Positions 30,205-41,058 of a stretch of DNA of 64,000 nucleotides are shown piece by piece. The notes under the pieces were generated by a model. The model was not told the origin of the DNA, did no database searches, and saw only the letters and a program-made list of their open reading frames with translations. This DNA comes from a bacterium. GTDB taxonomy: Bacteria; UBA8248. The position numbers and the translations under genes were made by a program. The stretch spans positions 1,376,001 to 1,440,000 of the forward strand of contig CBDBBI010000010.1 in the NCBI GenBank assembly GCA_965202625.1, in the 5' to 3' direction. Positions within the stretch are counted from its first letter, which is position 1, and the number at the start of each line of letters is the position of its first letter.

Positions 30205-30891
30205 CTACGTGTTTTCCCGATAATCATACAAAGATTCCGCGATGTGCAGATGAATCGGCTCATCAATATCGAAGGCATGCGCCTCAGGAATTTTATATGG
30301 ACTGAGGCGCTCTCCATAAAACGTTCTTTCCCTCTCAAGAGCATCAATTCTTGCGATGTAAAATGAGCCGCTATTCACAAACACTTCGGGTAGAAGCTGC
30401 TTCTGCCGAAAATACTCGCTTCCAAAAGCAGGCTTCAAAAACCCGTTTTCCTCGACAGAGGCCCAAAACGGCGAGTAGAAGTATTTCGTCACGGCCATCA
30501 CAAAATCGCACGCCCCGTTTTCGAAAATCTCATGGCCTCCCCTGAGATCGTCTGGCCGGAGAAGAGCAGCGGTCGGGAAAATAACGCAAAGGCTGTCTAT
30601 CTCCTTGTTGCATCTGCGCAACCAACCCACAAAATCAAGACTAACTTGGACGAGGGTGACGGAATCAGCCGCCAACTCAAGAGGGCGTTCATGGATGAGA
30701 GCGCCTGCATTTTTAGAGATTTCGCCGATAGCATCGTCATCGGTGGAGACCCATATATCCTCAAACAAACCCGATGCCGTTGCCGTCTCAATCGTATGCG
30801 CAATGAGCGGTTTATTCTTGAACAAAGCGATATTCTTTGAGGGAAACCTTTTTGATCTGCCGCGAGCCGGTATGAGGCAGGTTATTGCCAC
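30205..30891 (-). CDS. CMP-nonulosonate synthetase (PseF/NeuA-like)
   Basis: IPARGRSKRFPSKN, VSTDD, PTA, DIDEP. Confidence 0.9.
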   Translation of the reverse strand: MAITCLIPARGRSKRFPSKNIALFKNKPLIAHTIETATASGLFEDIWVSTDDDAIGEISKNAGALIHERPLELAADSVTLVQVSLDFVGWLRRCNKEIDSLCVIFPTAALLRPDDLRGGHEIFENGACDFVMAVTKYFYSPFWASVEENGFLKPAFGSEYFRQKQLLPEVFVNSGSFYIARIDALERERTFYGERLSPYKIPEAHAFDIDEPIHLHIAESLYDYRENT

Positions 30892-31053
30892 CGTCCTCTC
30901 CCCAAAATGTGCATGGTAATTACAATGGATTCAAATACAAAGAACGCCCATTTTAGATTTCACGTTGTTAAAATCATGGAGACCGCACCACACGAGGACA
31001 TCAACGCGCGCAAATCACATCAGCGGAAAACGACGCATTCACTCCAAGGTCCT

Positions 31054-32136
31054 TCAATCACTGAACAAGTCCGAAAGTTCCAAGCGGTGCCCCGGGGGCA
31101 AGTCTCTTTGCAGACGCGCGTCCGAGAGCCTTTCGAAGGTATCGGGCGCAAGCGCAAAACCCGGGCGGCGAAAGTCCACCTTCAAGTCCGAGAGCCTATC
31201 GCCTTTTTTGCCCCCCTCCACCAAGAAAACGCTGCGGCGCATCATCCGTCGCCTATCCAACTCCGCAGGCTTCATGACGCGCCGTGGAAGCCCCATCGCA
31301 ATCTCGAGATCGCGCATCACGTGAATAAATTTTTTCACATCAGGAGGCTCCAGCGAAAACATGTACTCGGGGCCTCTAGTCGTTCGATCAAAAGTGAGGG
31401 TTTTCTCTATTAAGTTTGCGCCAAGTGCCACCGCCGCGATGTCCATATCCCATCCCGGCGAATGATCGGAATAAGCGATCGGGAAGGGAAACATTTGTTT
31501 CAGCGTCTTAATGATGTTCAGATTGATGCTGGGGAGGCGCGCGGGGTAGCCAGAAGGGCATTGGTGAATAATGATGTTTTCATTATCTTCTTCTAAAATT
31601 GCTTCAACCGCATTCTCTACCTCTCCAATCGTGGAATTCCCCGTATCCAACTGCACGCACATGCCAGTTTTCGCAACCCGGCGAATTAACGGCAAGTGAT
31701 TCACGTCCGCAGACGCAATCTTAATCGAGTGACAACCTAATTTTTCCATTAAATCAACTTCTTCCTCAAAACCAATCGTCGCGAAAAAAGCCAGTCCCAT
31801 GTCGTCACTATAGCTCTTCAATGCCGTCCATTCATCGTCGCTCATCGCTCTGCGACACATAATTTCATACAGCGATTCACTCACCGTCTCCGTCTTCTCG
31901 GTCGCCCTGTCGACCAACACGTCATATTCAATCTCTACCTTCCTATCCGAACATAAACGATCCGGATCCAAAACTTGAAACTTAATAGCGTCCGCCCCGC
32001 ATTCAGCGGCAAGTTTCACCAGCTTCTTAGCCGAGTCCAAACCATCGTGGGTCGGGCCAGCCTCGAACGTTACAAAAACAGGGTGCCCATCTCCTACCTG
32101 CCTATCGCCGAAATGTACCATCAACGAAACCCTCAA
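31054..32136 (-). CDS. neuB: NeuB-type nonulosonate synthase (variant EAGPTH motif)
   Basis: FEAGPTHDG, IKFQ, KIASAD, YSDHS, IEKTLT, MRRSV. Confidence 0.88.
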   Translation of the reverse strand: MRVSLMVHFGDRQVGDGHPVFVTFEAGPTHDGLDSAKKLVKLAAECGADAIKFQVLDPDRLCSDRKVEIEYDVLVDRATEKTETVSESLYEIMCRRAMSDDEWTALKSYSDDMGLAFFATIGFEEEVDLMEKLGCHSIKIASADVNHLPLIRRVAKTGMCVQLDTGNSTIGEVENAVEAILEEDNENIIIHQCPSGYPARLPSINLNIIKTLKQMFPFPIAYSDHSPGWDMDIAAVALGANLIEKTLTFDRTTRGPEYMFSLEPPDVKKFIHVMRDLEIAMGLPRRVMKPAELDRRRMMRRSVFLVEGGKKGDRLSDLKVDFRRPGFALAPDTFERLSDARLQRDLPPGHRLELSDLFSD

Positions 32137-32598
32137 AGTTCATCATGCCTTGAAAACCGAGAACATCGCTCAGCCTTCAAAGGCAATACAATAATACGTC
32201 CAGGAATTTTCCATATATTTGGCGCAAAAAATGGGGAGCAAACATCAGCACCCAATACCCCAGAAACCCTTTCGCAAAAACCACATCCCTAAGCAAATCC
32301 AAAAATGGTTTTCTTTTCTCTATCGCCTCCTTATGTCATGGCTCAATATCCAAACGCTTCTACTCTAGGTGCCACTATGGCTGAGGCGTATCGCAAGCCC
32401 GGGGGATGAGACATGACCTTCGGCTTCTTGCTGCTTGCCTCCAGCGCATCCGCTTATGGACCTTATATTCCCCGCTCCATAGCTCGAATACCGCGATCAT
32501 TATAAAATCACCCTTATTTTCGCCACAGAATCAGCATCCGCCTCAAAAGGCAAGGTTGCGCATCAAGCCGAAAACGGAGGCCAACGTCGAGGAAATTT

Positions 32599-33597
32599 TT
32601 AATCATCCTCTAGGCGAATCAATTTTTTCAACTCTTTTTGGCTAAGCCACTGCGCATTGGTGTCGCTCGCATAGACAAATCCATCCGGGGGAGAATGATC
32701 TTCGCAGTGCTCACGCCCGGCTTCTAAAAAGCGATTCGCCCGAATGACGTACATGTCATTGAGTTCAACAGAGTGTCCGGCCTCTTCATTCGAAATGAGC
32801 ACTTCGTGCAGCTTCTCGCCGGGCCGAATGCCGATGAAATCAATGCCGCAATCCGGAGCGACCGCCCGAGCCAATTCCATGATGCTCATGCTCGGGATTT
32901 TGGGAACGAAAACCTCACCGCCTTCCATCTGTGAAATACAACGAATGACGAACTCCACGCCCTGCTCCAGAGTGAGCCAGAAACGGGTCATGCGTTCATC
33001 CGTCACGGTGATCCTTCCGCTCCGCCGCTGTTCACTGAAAACAGGGAGAACGCTTCCCCTGCTGCCCATAACGTTTCCATAGCGCGCACACGAGAATATC
33101 GTCGGCCGTCGCCCCCCCTTCGCAGAATAGTTGTTGCCATGGACGAACATTTTCTCCGCGCACAACTTCGTCGCCCCATACAAATTGATAGGATTCACCG
33201 CCTTGTCTGTGCTCAGGGCAAAAACTCTTTGGACTCCTCTGTCGATTGCGGAGTCAATCACGTTCTGCGCACCATAAATATTTGTTTTCACAGCCTCAAA
33301 CGGATTGTACTCGCAGACGGGAACCTGCTTCAAAGCCGCCGCGTGAACGACGACATCCACCTCGTCAAACGCCCTGCATACCCTTTCTTTGTCTCTAACG
33401 TCCCCAATAAAATAGCGCAAGGGCGAGGTGGGTGAATCTGGAAACTGTTGACGCATCTCATGCTGCTTCAATTCATCACGGCTAAAAACAATGTACTTTT
33501 TCGGCTTGTGGCGACCCAGGAATATTTCCGCGAATTTCCTGCCGAACGAACCTGTTCCTCCCGTCACCAATATTGTTTTGCCATCAAATGAAAACAT
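32599..33597 (-). CDS. pseB: UDP-GlcNAc 4,6-dehydratase (inverting)
   Basis: TGGTGSFG, SRDELKQ, HAAALKQVP, LSTDKA, YGATK, RYGNV, MTRFW, GIRPGEKLHE. Confidence 0.93.
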   Translation of the reverse strand: MFSFDGKTILVTGGTGSFGRKFAEIFLGRHKPKKYIVFSRDELKQHEMRQQFPDSPTSPLRYFIGDVRDKERVCRAFDEVDVVVHAAALKQVPVCEYNPFEAVKTNIYGAQNVIDSAIDRGVQRVFALSTDKAVNPINLYGATKLCAEKMFVHGNNYSAKGGRRPTIFSCARYGNVMGSRGSVLPVFSEQRRSGRITVTDERMTRFWLTLEQGVEFVIRCISQMEGGEVFVPKIPSMSIMELARAVAPDCGIDFIGIRPGEKLHEVLISNEEAGHSVELNDMYVIRANRFLEAGREHCEDHSPPDGFVYASDTNAQWLSQKELKKLIRLEDD

Positions 33598-33946
33598 CTC
33601 TCGCCACCTTTCTCTCCGAATTACGTCCCATCCAGCAGGATGGCCGAGTCGTTCACGCGGATACAAACATTAAACGTTTTTGGGTAAAACCCAAAATGCC
33701 CCAAAGACAAACGACTAAACGCCTGATTTTGAGAGGCTCAGTAATAGCATATTTTCAGCGAAGGATATTTCCCTCGCTCGGCGCGAGGCGTATCAAGGGG
33801 AGAATTTTCATATCGCCTCTCTCCAGCACCGGTTCTGAAGCACCGGTGCTCAAGGAATCGATTACACATCGAAAATGCCGCCAAGGCCCGCGCCGCCCAA
33901 CGGCGCATCGCCCATCCTCAAGCGAAAGGGACCCTGTCGTTGAGAC

Positions 33947-34024
33947 TGGCGTCCCCAAGGGGATTCGAACCCCTGTTGCCGGCGTGAAAGGCCGGTGTCC
34001 TGGGCCAGGCTAGACGATGGGGAC
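33947..34024 (-). tRNA. tRNA-Glu (TTC)
   Basis: Reverse complement GTCCCCATCGTCTAG...CCGGCCTTTCACGCCGG...GGTTCGAATCCCCTTGGGGACGCCA: cloverleaf, T-loop, encoded CCA. Confidence 0.97.
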
Positions 34025-34118
34025 GAAGTAAATTGCCAAGCGCGTGGAATGAATTCCCTGCCCTTAAGGAGCACATTTATATTCGTTTTTGGATTCTAAG
34101 TCCATTCGGACAAGTCCT

Positions 34119-34991
34119 TCAAGCGCGCAAGAGAACGAGAATGACGCCGCTCACAGTGAGGGCCGCTCCGGCAGGCACGCGCCAGGTGATAGATTCCACT
34201 TTCCTGAGAAAAACGCCGCTGAACAACACAGTAAACAAGGGACTCGTCTGCACCAGCGGCGCCACCCTAAAAACCTCCCCTCCCCGCAGAGCGGACGTGA
34301 AGAGAAAAATGCCCGCCCCCGCCGCCAAGCCACCCAGCATATAGGGCCAAAATGCTCGCTTCATCTCGCCCACGCCCGCATCGCCCAAGGCATAGTAGCG
34401 GGTGTAGGCGCTCACCAAGAGGAGAGCGGACAGGGCGCCTATCATTGAGGCGGAGAGAGCACTCGGAAAAGCAACCAGTCCCTTTTTCCAGGATATGGCA
34501 CCGACCGCTGAAATCATCGCCGCGAACAAGGGCCAACGGGCATCCCAGCGGCTCCATCGCCCTCCCGTCTTGCCGGATAAAAGCAGGACGACGCCGCCCG
34601 CCACAAACCCAACGCCCATAAAGTGGTACCAAGTCGGCTCCTCTCCCAGGACGACGAATCCCAAGAAGGCGGCGAAAATGGGAGACATCCCCTTGATTGG
34701 CGCGGCACGCGCTACGCCGACGCGGTGAATGCCAACGAGGAAGAAAATGAGAAAAAGCCCCGGATTGCACATGCCGCCAATCATCACCCAAAAGTAATGC
34801 ACGCCCGCTTCGGGGAATGGGGAACCCAGGAGGAGAGTCAACGGAACCAAAAGAACTAACTCCCCCACCAGCGTGATAGTGGCGCCCGCGAAATGATTGG
34901 CGCGCTGCAAGCCCTCGCGCGCGAATAAATCCGCGCAGGTGAAGCACATCGCCGCACCAAGGGAGAAAAGGAAGAATGGCTCAATCAGCAA
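34119..34991 (-). CDS. DMT/EamA family transporter
   Basis: About 10 TM; repeated SPIFAA..LGE and SPLFTV..LRK halves. Confidence 0.85.
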   Translation of the reverse strand: MLIEPFFLFSLGAAMCFTCADLFAREGLQRANHFAGATITLVGELVLLVPLTLLLGSPFPEAGVHYFWVMIGGMCNPGLFLIFFLVGIHRVGVARAAPIKGMSPIFAAFLGFVVLGEEPTWYHFMGVGFVAGGVVLLLSGKTGGRWSRWDARWPLFAAMISAVGAISWKKGLVAFPSALSASMIGALSALLLVSAYTRYYALGDAGVGEMKRAFWPYMLGGLAAGAGIFLFTSALRGGEVFRVAPLVQTSPLFTVLFSGVFLRKVESITWRVPAGAALTVSGVILVLLRA

Positions 34992-35055
34992 GACGCGACT
35001 TTCCGCTTGATGAGAATTGGCCAGAATCTCTTTTTCCGAGATTCACTTGGCGGAT

Positions 35056-36261
35056 TTAAGCGAGATATTTTCGAGAATTGCCCAAAAACTCCACCACGGA
35101 CTGCGCGAAGACGCTCGCGCCGACCGGCAACGCGCTTTCATCCAAGTCGAATCGATCCGAATGCAGCCCGTGAACAAACCCTTTCTCCTCGTTCGACACG
35201 CCCACGCGGAACATCGCGCCAGGCCGCTGGAGCGCCATGTAGGCGAAATCCTCAGCCCCCATCGAAAGAGGCATTTCTCTCACGTTCTCCGCGCCGAGAA
35301 CCTGCGCGCCGGCGCTTTCGATGAGCGCAACGGCCGCCTCGTGATTCACCAAAGCGGGGTAGCCGGGCACGATGTCGAGTTCGATCTGCACGCCAAAAGA
35401 TTGCGCCACGCCACGAGCCACTTCCTCCAGGCGCGCTCGAATCCTCTCCCTGATTTTCGGGTCGTGCGTGCGCAGGGTGCCTCTTACGCTGGCGTCAGAG
35501 GGTATGACGTTCATCGCGACGCCGGACGCAAACCCCGTGATCGAAAGAACGGCCGATTCAAAGGGACCAATGTTTCTGCTCACAATGCTTTGCAAGGTGG
35601 TCACCAGATGCGAGGCGGCCACCAGGGCGTCTTTGGACTGATGGGGATGGGCCGCGTGGGCACCTTCGCCCCTGACTTGAAAATGGAGTTTATCCCCCGC
35701 CGCCATCACCAGCCCCGAGCGGACTCCGATGCGGCCTGCGGGTATATTCGGCCACACATGCGCGGCGATGAGCAGATCGACCCGGGGGTCCTCCAGAACC
35801 CCCTCTTCCACCATTTTTTCCCCCCCGGCCTTTCCCTCTTCAGCAGGCTGAAATATGAATTTGACGTTGCCGCCCAAGCCATCAAGCCAATGCCTGTTTT
35901 GAGAGAAAAGGCGCGCCACGCCCAACAACATGCTCAGGTGGGCGTCATGGCCACAAGCGTGCATTTTCCCTGGATGCTGGCTTTTGTAGGGCACGTCGTT
36001 CGACTCATGTATCGGAAGCGCGTCCATGTCAGCCCGAATGCCGATGGTCGGACCTGGGCGTCCGGTCTCAAGTAGTCCGACCACTCCGGTTTCCGCAACG
36101 CCAGCCTGAACCTGAAGCCCAAAATCCTTGAGGTGTTCCACGATGAGACGAGACGTTTCGTGCTCTTCGTAGCAGAGCTCCGGCTTCATGTGAACGGCGC
36201 GCCTGATCTCCGAAAGCCAGGGTCGCAACGCCAAGGCGGCGCTCTGTATGGATTGAGACAT
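35056..36261 (-). CDS. M20D amidohydrolase
   Basis: RADMDALP, MHACGHD, FQPAEEG, GAEDF, LHS. Confidence 0.92.
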   Translation of the reverse strand: MSQSIQSAALALRPWLSEIRRAVHMKPELCYEEHETSRLIVEHLKDFGLQVQAGVAETGVVGLLETGRPGPTIGIRADMDALPIHESNDVPYKSQHPGKMHACGHDAHLSMLLGVARLFSQNRHWLDGLGGNVKFIFQPAEEGKAGGEKMVEEGVLEDPRVDLLIAAHVWPNIPAGRIGVRSGLVMAAGDKLHFQVRGEGAHAAHPHQSKDALVAASHLVTTLQSIVSRNIGPFESAVLSITGFASGVAMNVIPSDASVRGTLRTHDPKIRERIRARLEEVARGVAQSFGVQIELDIVPGYPALVNHEAAVALIESAGAQVLGAENVREMPLSMGAEDFAYMALQRPGAMFRVGVSNEEKGFVHGLHSDRFDLDESALPVGASVFAQSVVEFLGNSRKYLA

Positions 36262-36496
36262 GGCGTCAGACCTCATACATTCGTTTCTTGTTTATCCGTC
36301 CGTCCAGCCCCGGTGGGAAGAATCGTTATCATAAACGACTAAGAGGACACAATCTATCGTTCTATTCTCTGCTTCTCGGTTCTCTAAGCATCCCGCGCCG
36401 CCGCGTGCCTCCAAAACGTCCCAAAGAACGAATGGAGACGTTTCGCGCGCATCACGCAGGGCGTCGGCGCTTCAAAGCGGCCGCCTTGGCGTAGGG

Positions 36497-38179
36497 TCAA
36501 AAATCATCCGGAGAAAACGCAAGGCGCATCTTTAATATCTTCTTGATGTCGTCTCGCTTGTGCTTGCGCGTCGTGGTTTTGGGTAACTCATCGTCGGGCC
36601 AGAGGAGAAAACCGGCCACTCTCTTATAGTCCGCCAGCTGCGCGCCCAGACGCCTCAGCTCGGAATCGGCCAGGGCCGCGCGCTCCTCATCCTTTTGAGG
36701 CAAATCGGCTTCAGGGTTGAGCACGACGACGGCGAACACCTCCTCTCCCCGCCGAGACGCCTTTCGGCCGATGACGCACACGTCCTGAAACCATGCGCTT
36801 TTCATAAGATGCTCTTCCACCTCTTCCGGATAAACGTTCTTACCCGATTCGGAGACGATCACGTTTTTGGAGCGACCGCATATCGTAAGGTAGCCTTCCG
36901 TATCCTGCCGGCCAATGTCTCCGGTATGAAACCATCCCTCCCGCAAGACTTCCTCCGTCATCTGCAGATTATGGAAATAGCCTTGCATCACGTTTGGTCC
37001 ACGTATCAGGATCTCTCCCTCACCCTCGTCTGCGCCTTCCACGGGTTTGAACCGCACCTCCACTCCCGGTATCGGAGAGCCGACGGTTCCGATTCTATTT
37101 TGCGCACCTGGACGATTCACATGCGTGACGGGTGATGTTTCCGTCAGGCCATATCCCTGAATCACCTCTATTCCCAAAATGAGCAAATCCCGAGAAATTT
37201 CCGAGTCGAGCGCGGACCCTCCACTCACAAAGTAGCGCAAATCCTTCCCAAGATTTTTCTTCACTTGTGGAAACAAAAAACGCCCCACGCGCCAACCCAT
37301 CGACAAACACATCCTGGAAACCCCAAAAAGCGCCTGAAAAACAATTTTCTTCACTCCGCTCAGCGATTCCACGGTCGCCATGATGCGCTTGTGAATCAGC
37401 CGTGCCAGAGCCGGCACCATCAAACAGATGGTGATGCCCTCGTTTTGCATGGCGTCCGCGATGACGCGCGGGTTCAGGGAGGATAGGTAATGCACCCGCG
37501 CCCCTCCTATCAGAGGTATCAGGAAACCGCCCGTGCTCTCCATCATATGATGAAGCGGCAAAATCGAGAGAAAAACGTCATTCTCGTCAACGACAAATCC
37601 TCCAGATCCGAGCGCGGCGCGCACGTTGGACACGATGTTCCCGTGAGAGAGCATCACCCCCTTGGGCGTTCCCGTCGTCCCTGATGAAAACGATATCAGA
37701 GCCAAATCGTTCGGACCTCGTTTGGCGCCCGGCAGAGCATCGGGTGAGGCGGCGGGATCAGCCTCTCTTTCCTCATCAAGGCGCAACACCTCACAGGCCG
37801 AGGCGATGCCCTTCGCCAGCGTCTTGGCCCTCTCCTCCTCCTGGGCGTCCGCCACGACACAAACGGGCTTGGCTTCAGCCAAGATGTTCGCGAGTTCCCC
37901 ATCCTTTAAGTTCACGTCCAACGGCACGAGAACGCCGCCGGCAAGCAGCACTCCAAAATAACCCACCGACCATTCGGGCTGATTCGGCGCCAACAGGGCG
38001 ACCATGTCTCCCGGCTTCACTCCAGCGGCCACCAACGCCTGCGCCAAGGCAAGCGCCCTCTCGCTCAGTCGCGCTCTCGTGAGCGCAATCCGCCCGCGCC
38101 CCTCCACGTCGCCTTCAAAAGCAACTGGGCCAGGAAATTTCGTCCGCGCCTCGTTCAAGAGGTCAATCAGCGTATCCAT
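36497..38179 (-). CDS. Long-chain acyl-CoA synthetase (AMP-binding)
   Basis: SSGTTGTPKG, QGYGLTE, TGD, GRSKN, LPKTTTRK. Confidence 0.9.
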   Translation of the reverse strand: MDTLIDLLNEARTKFPGPVAFEGDVEGRGRIALTRARLSERALALAQALVAAGVKPGDMVALLAPNQPEWSVGYFGVLLAGGVLVPLDVNLKDGELANILAEAKPVCVVADAQEEERAKTLAKGIASACEVLRLDEEREADPAASPDALPGAKRGPNDLALISFSSGTTGTPKGVMLSHGNIVSNVRAALGSGGFVVDENDVFLSILPLHHMMESTGGFLIPLIGGARVHYLSSLNPRVIADAMQNEGITICLMVPALARLIHKRIMATVESLSGVKKIVFQALFGVSRMCLSMGWRVGRFLFPQVKKNLGKDLRYFVSGGSALDSEISRDLLILGIEVIQGYGLTETSPVTHVNRPGAQNRIGTVGSPIPGVEVRFKPVEGADEGEGEILIRGPNVMQGYFHNLQMTEEVLREGWFHTGDIGRQDTEGYLTICGRSKNVIVSESGKNVYPEEVEEHLMKSAWFQDVCVIGRKASRRGEEVFAVVVLNPEADLPQKDEERAALADSELRRLGAQLADYKRVAGFLLWPDDELPKTTTRKHKRDDIKKILKMRLAFSPDDF

Positions 38180-39284
38180 GCCCGCTCTCTCTTCTGTTGG
38201 TCCACATACAACATTCCGCCAAGTTTCGAGGGAGACTCTTCATCGCTTCCTCCTCTAGAGTAAAATCCATTCCATAAATACTGAAAATTACTCGAAAATA
38301 GTATAAACGTGAAACTCGCCAGAGTGAAAGTGCTTGAACCGATGAGGGGGCAATCTGCGACACGCGTGAGGAGGAGGTGAAACGCCCCTGGAAAAATGCG
38401 AATATTACCCGCGAGGACGTAGTCGACGCGATGGGCGCAGTCGTCAGGTGGCAAGGGAAATACAGGCTCAACGCTCACCTGAGCCTGCGCAGAAATGAGA
38501 AACCACCAGGCAAGAAGAAATGAAAAACCAGAATGAAGGTTTGGGACTCTCGTTCTGAAGCGGCTTCTCAAGTCATATCAAACGTTTTCGAACCTGCCAG
38601 GAGACAAACTCCCCCACAAAAACGAGAGCGACGATGGCCAGCACCAGCACACCCGATTTTTGCCATTGAAACTGCTTCACGTACAAAAATACGTAAAAAC
38701 CAAGCCCCCCGGCGCCGACCAAGCCCAAAATCGTGGAATCGCGTAAATTCATCTCGAAACGTATGGCCAGATGCGCGACCATCTGGGGCAGCACCTGGGG
38801 AATCAGGCCGTGCTGTATAATTTGAACGGAGGACGCCCCCGTCCCCTGCAACGCAAGCAGGGGCTTCGGGTCCGTCGCCTCGATCTCCTCCGCCACGAAC
38901 CGGCCGAGCACGCCGACCGAATGCGCCGCCAGTGCCAACACGCCTGGAAAGGGCCCAAGCCCCACGGCGGATACGAACAACAAGGCGAGAAGCAACAAGG
39001 GGATGGAGCGGACAAGCGCCATCAGGGCCTTGATAGGCAAGTGCACCCAAAACGGCGCCCAGTTCGACGCCGCAAGCACGCCCAGTGGATAGGCGAACAG
39101 GGCGCCCAGAAAAGTGCCCGCGATGGTGGTTTGCAGCGTTTCAAGCGCCGACACCAGCAAAACGTCCCAAACCGACCAGTCCGGCGGCGCCATTCGTCCA
39201 AAGAAGTGAAGCACCTGGGGAATTCCGCGCCAGAGTTGCACGAATGAGAACTCAGAGCCTTGAAAAGACCAGAATAATAAAGCG

Positions 39285-40130
<846 letters not shown>

Positions 40131-40134
40131 TTCT

Positions 40135-41058
40135 CTATTCCTTCAAGAAGCCATACTTTCGAGCCATGGCGGCCACGGATTGATAATGGGCGGGGCTGAT
40201 TCTTATATACCCATGCGTGCCGTAGAGAAGCCGCAACAACGCGCGATGCTTCGGCTGGTTCATCTTCATCATTGCCGCGATGAACTTTTCTTTGATTTGG
40301 GCGCTCAACCCTTTCCGAACCACCACGTTGTGGCTGGGAATTCTGGCGGACTGGCTGATGGCGATGATTTGATCCCGCTGCCCAGGACGCAGAAGATTGA
40401 CGGCGTATTGACTGACGCCAGCGGCGTCGACGAAGCCGCCAACCAATGAACTGATCGTCTGCTGATCCCCGCCAGCAAAATACACCCTCCGGAAAAATCC
40501 ACCTTCGGGCTTCTCCAACCCTCCCTTCGCAAGACCGGAGCGAACGAATATATCGTGGGGATACATGAAACCAGAGCTCGAAATCGGGTCGACATAAGCG
40601 ATGGTTTTTCCCTTGAGATCAGAGAGATTTTTGATGCCGCTGTCTTTTCGCACAAAAATCCGGGAGTAGTAATAGGGCTTTCCACCATATATCTCGCCGA
40701 GAACAGCCTCGACCCCTGAATGCCTGTTCGCCAGAACATATGGCAAAGGAGACATAAAGCTGACGTCCGCCTTGTTGGAGATCATGGCCTCCACCGCGGC
40801 CGAATAGTTCAGGGTGATGAAGTAGCGAACCTTGAGCCCCATCTCCTTTTCCAGGAAATTCATGGCCGGTTTTACGTTGCTGATGAGTTTCTCGGGATTC
40901 TCAAGCGGAATGAATGCAATCCGAATCTCTCCGTAGGCCGCATGGGTAAGACCCAAAGCCGACAAAAACGTGGAGAAGATGAGGAGGGTTCCTCTCGAGA
41001 GGCAGGTCCTCAATGCTCTCGAAAATGATTCTCGTATAAAGCGCATGGCGTTCCTCAT
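40135..41058 (-). CDS. phnD: PhnD/PtxB-like periplasmic binding protein (atypical pocket)
   Basis: Signal peptide; FIPLE, NYSAAVEAM, YYYS, VDPISSSGF, AGGDQQ. Confidence 0.85.
   Translation of the reverse strand: MRNAMRFIRESFSRALRTCLSRGTLLIFSTFLSALGLTHAAYGEIRIAFIPLENPEKLISNVKPAMNFLEKEMGLKVRYFITLNYSAAVEAMISNKADVSFMSPLPYVLANRHSGVEAVLGEIYGGKPYYYSRIFVRKDSGIKNLSDLKGKTIAYVDPISSSGFMYPHDIFVRSGLAKGGLEKPEGGFFRRVYFAGGDQQTISSLVGGFVDAAGVSQYAVNLLRPGQRDQIIAISQSARIPSHNVVVRKGLSAQIKEKFIAAMMKMNQPKHRALLRLLYGTHGYIRISPAHYQSVAAMARKYGFLKE

Noticed and set aside
32137-32598. 462-bp gap between pseB and neuB as ncRNA, JUMPStart/ops or pseC remnant
   Set aside because: No ops motif, recognisable RNA structure or aminotransferase motif seen; probably a promoter region
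33947-34024. Integrative element at tRNA-Glu
   Set aside because: No integrase, transposase or duplicated tRNA 3' end visible in the window
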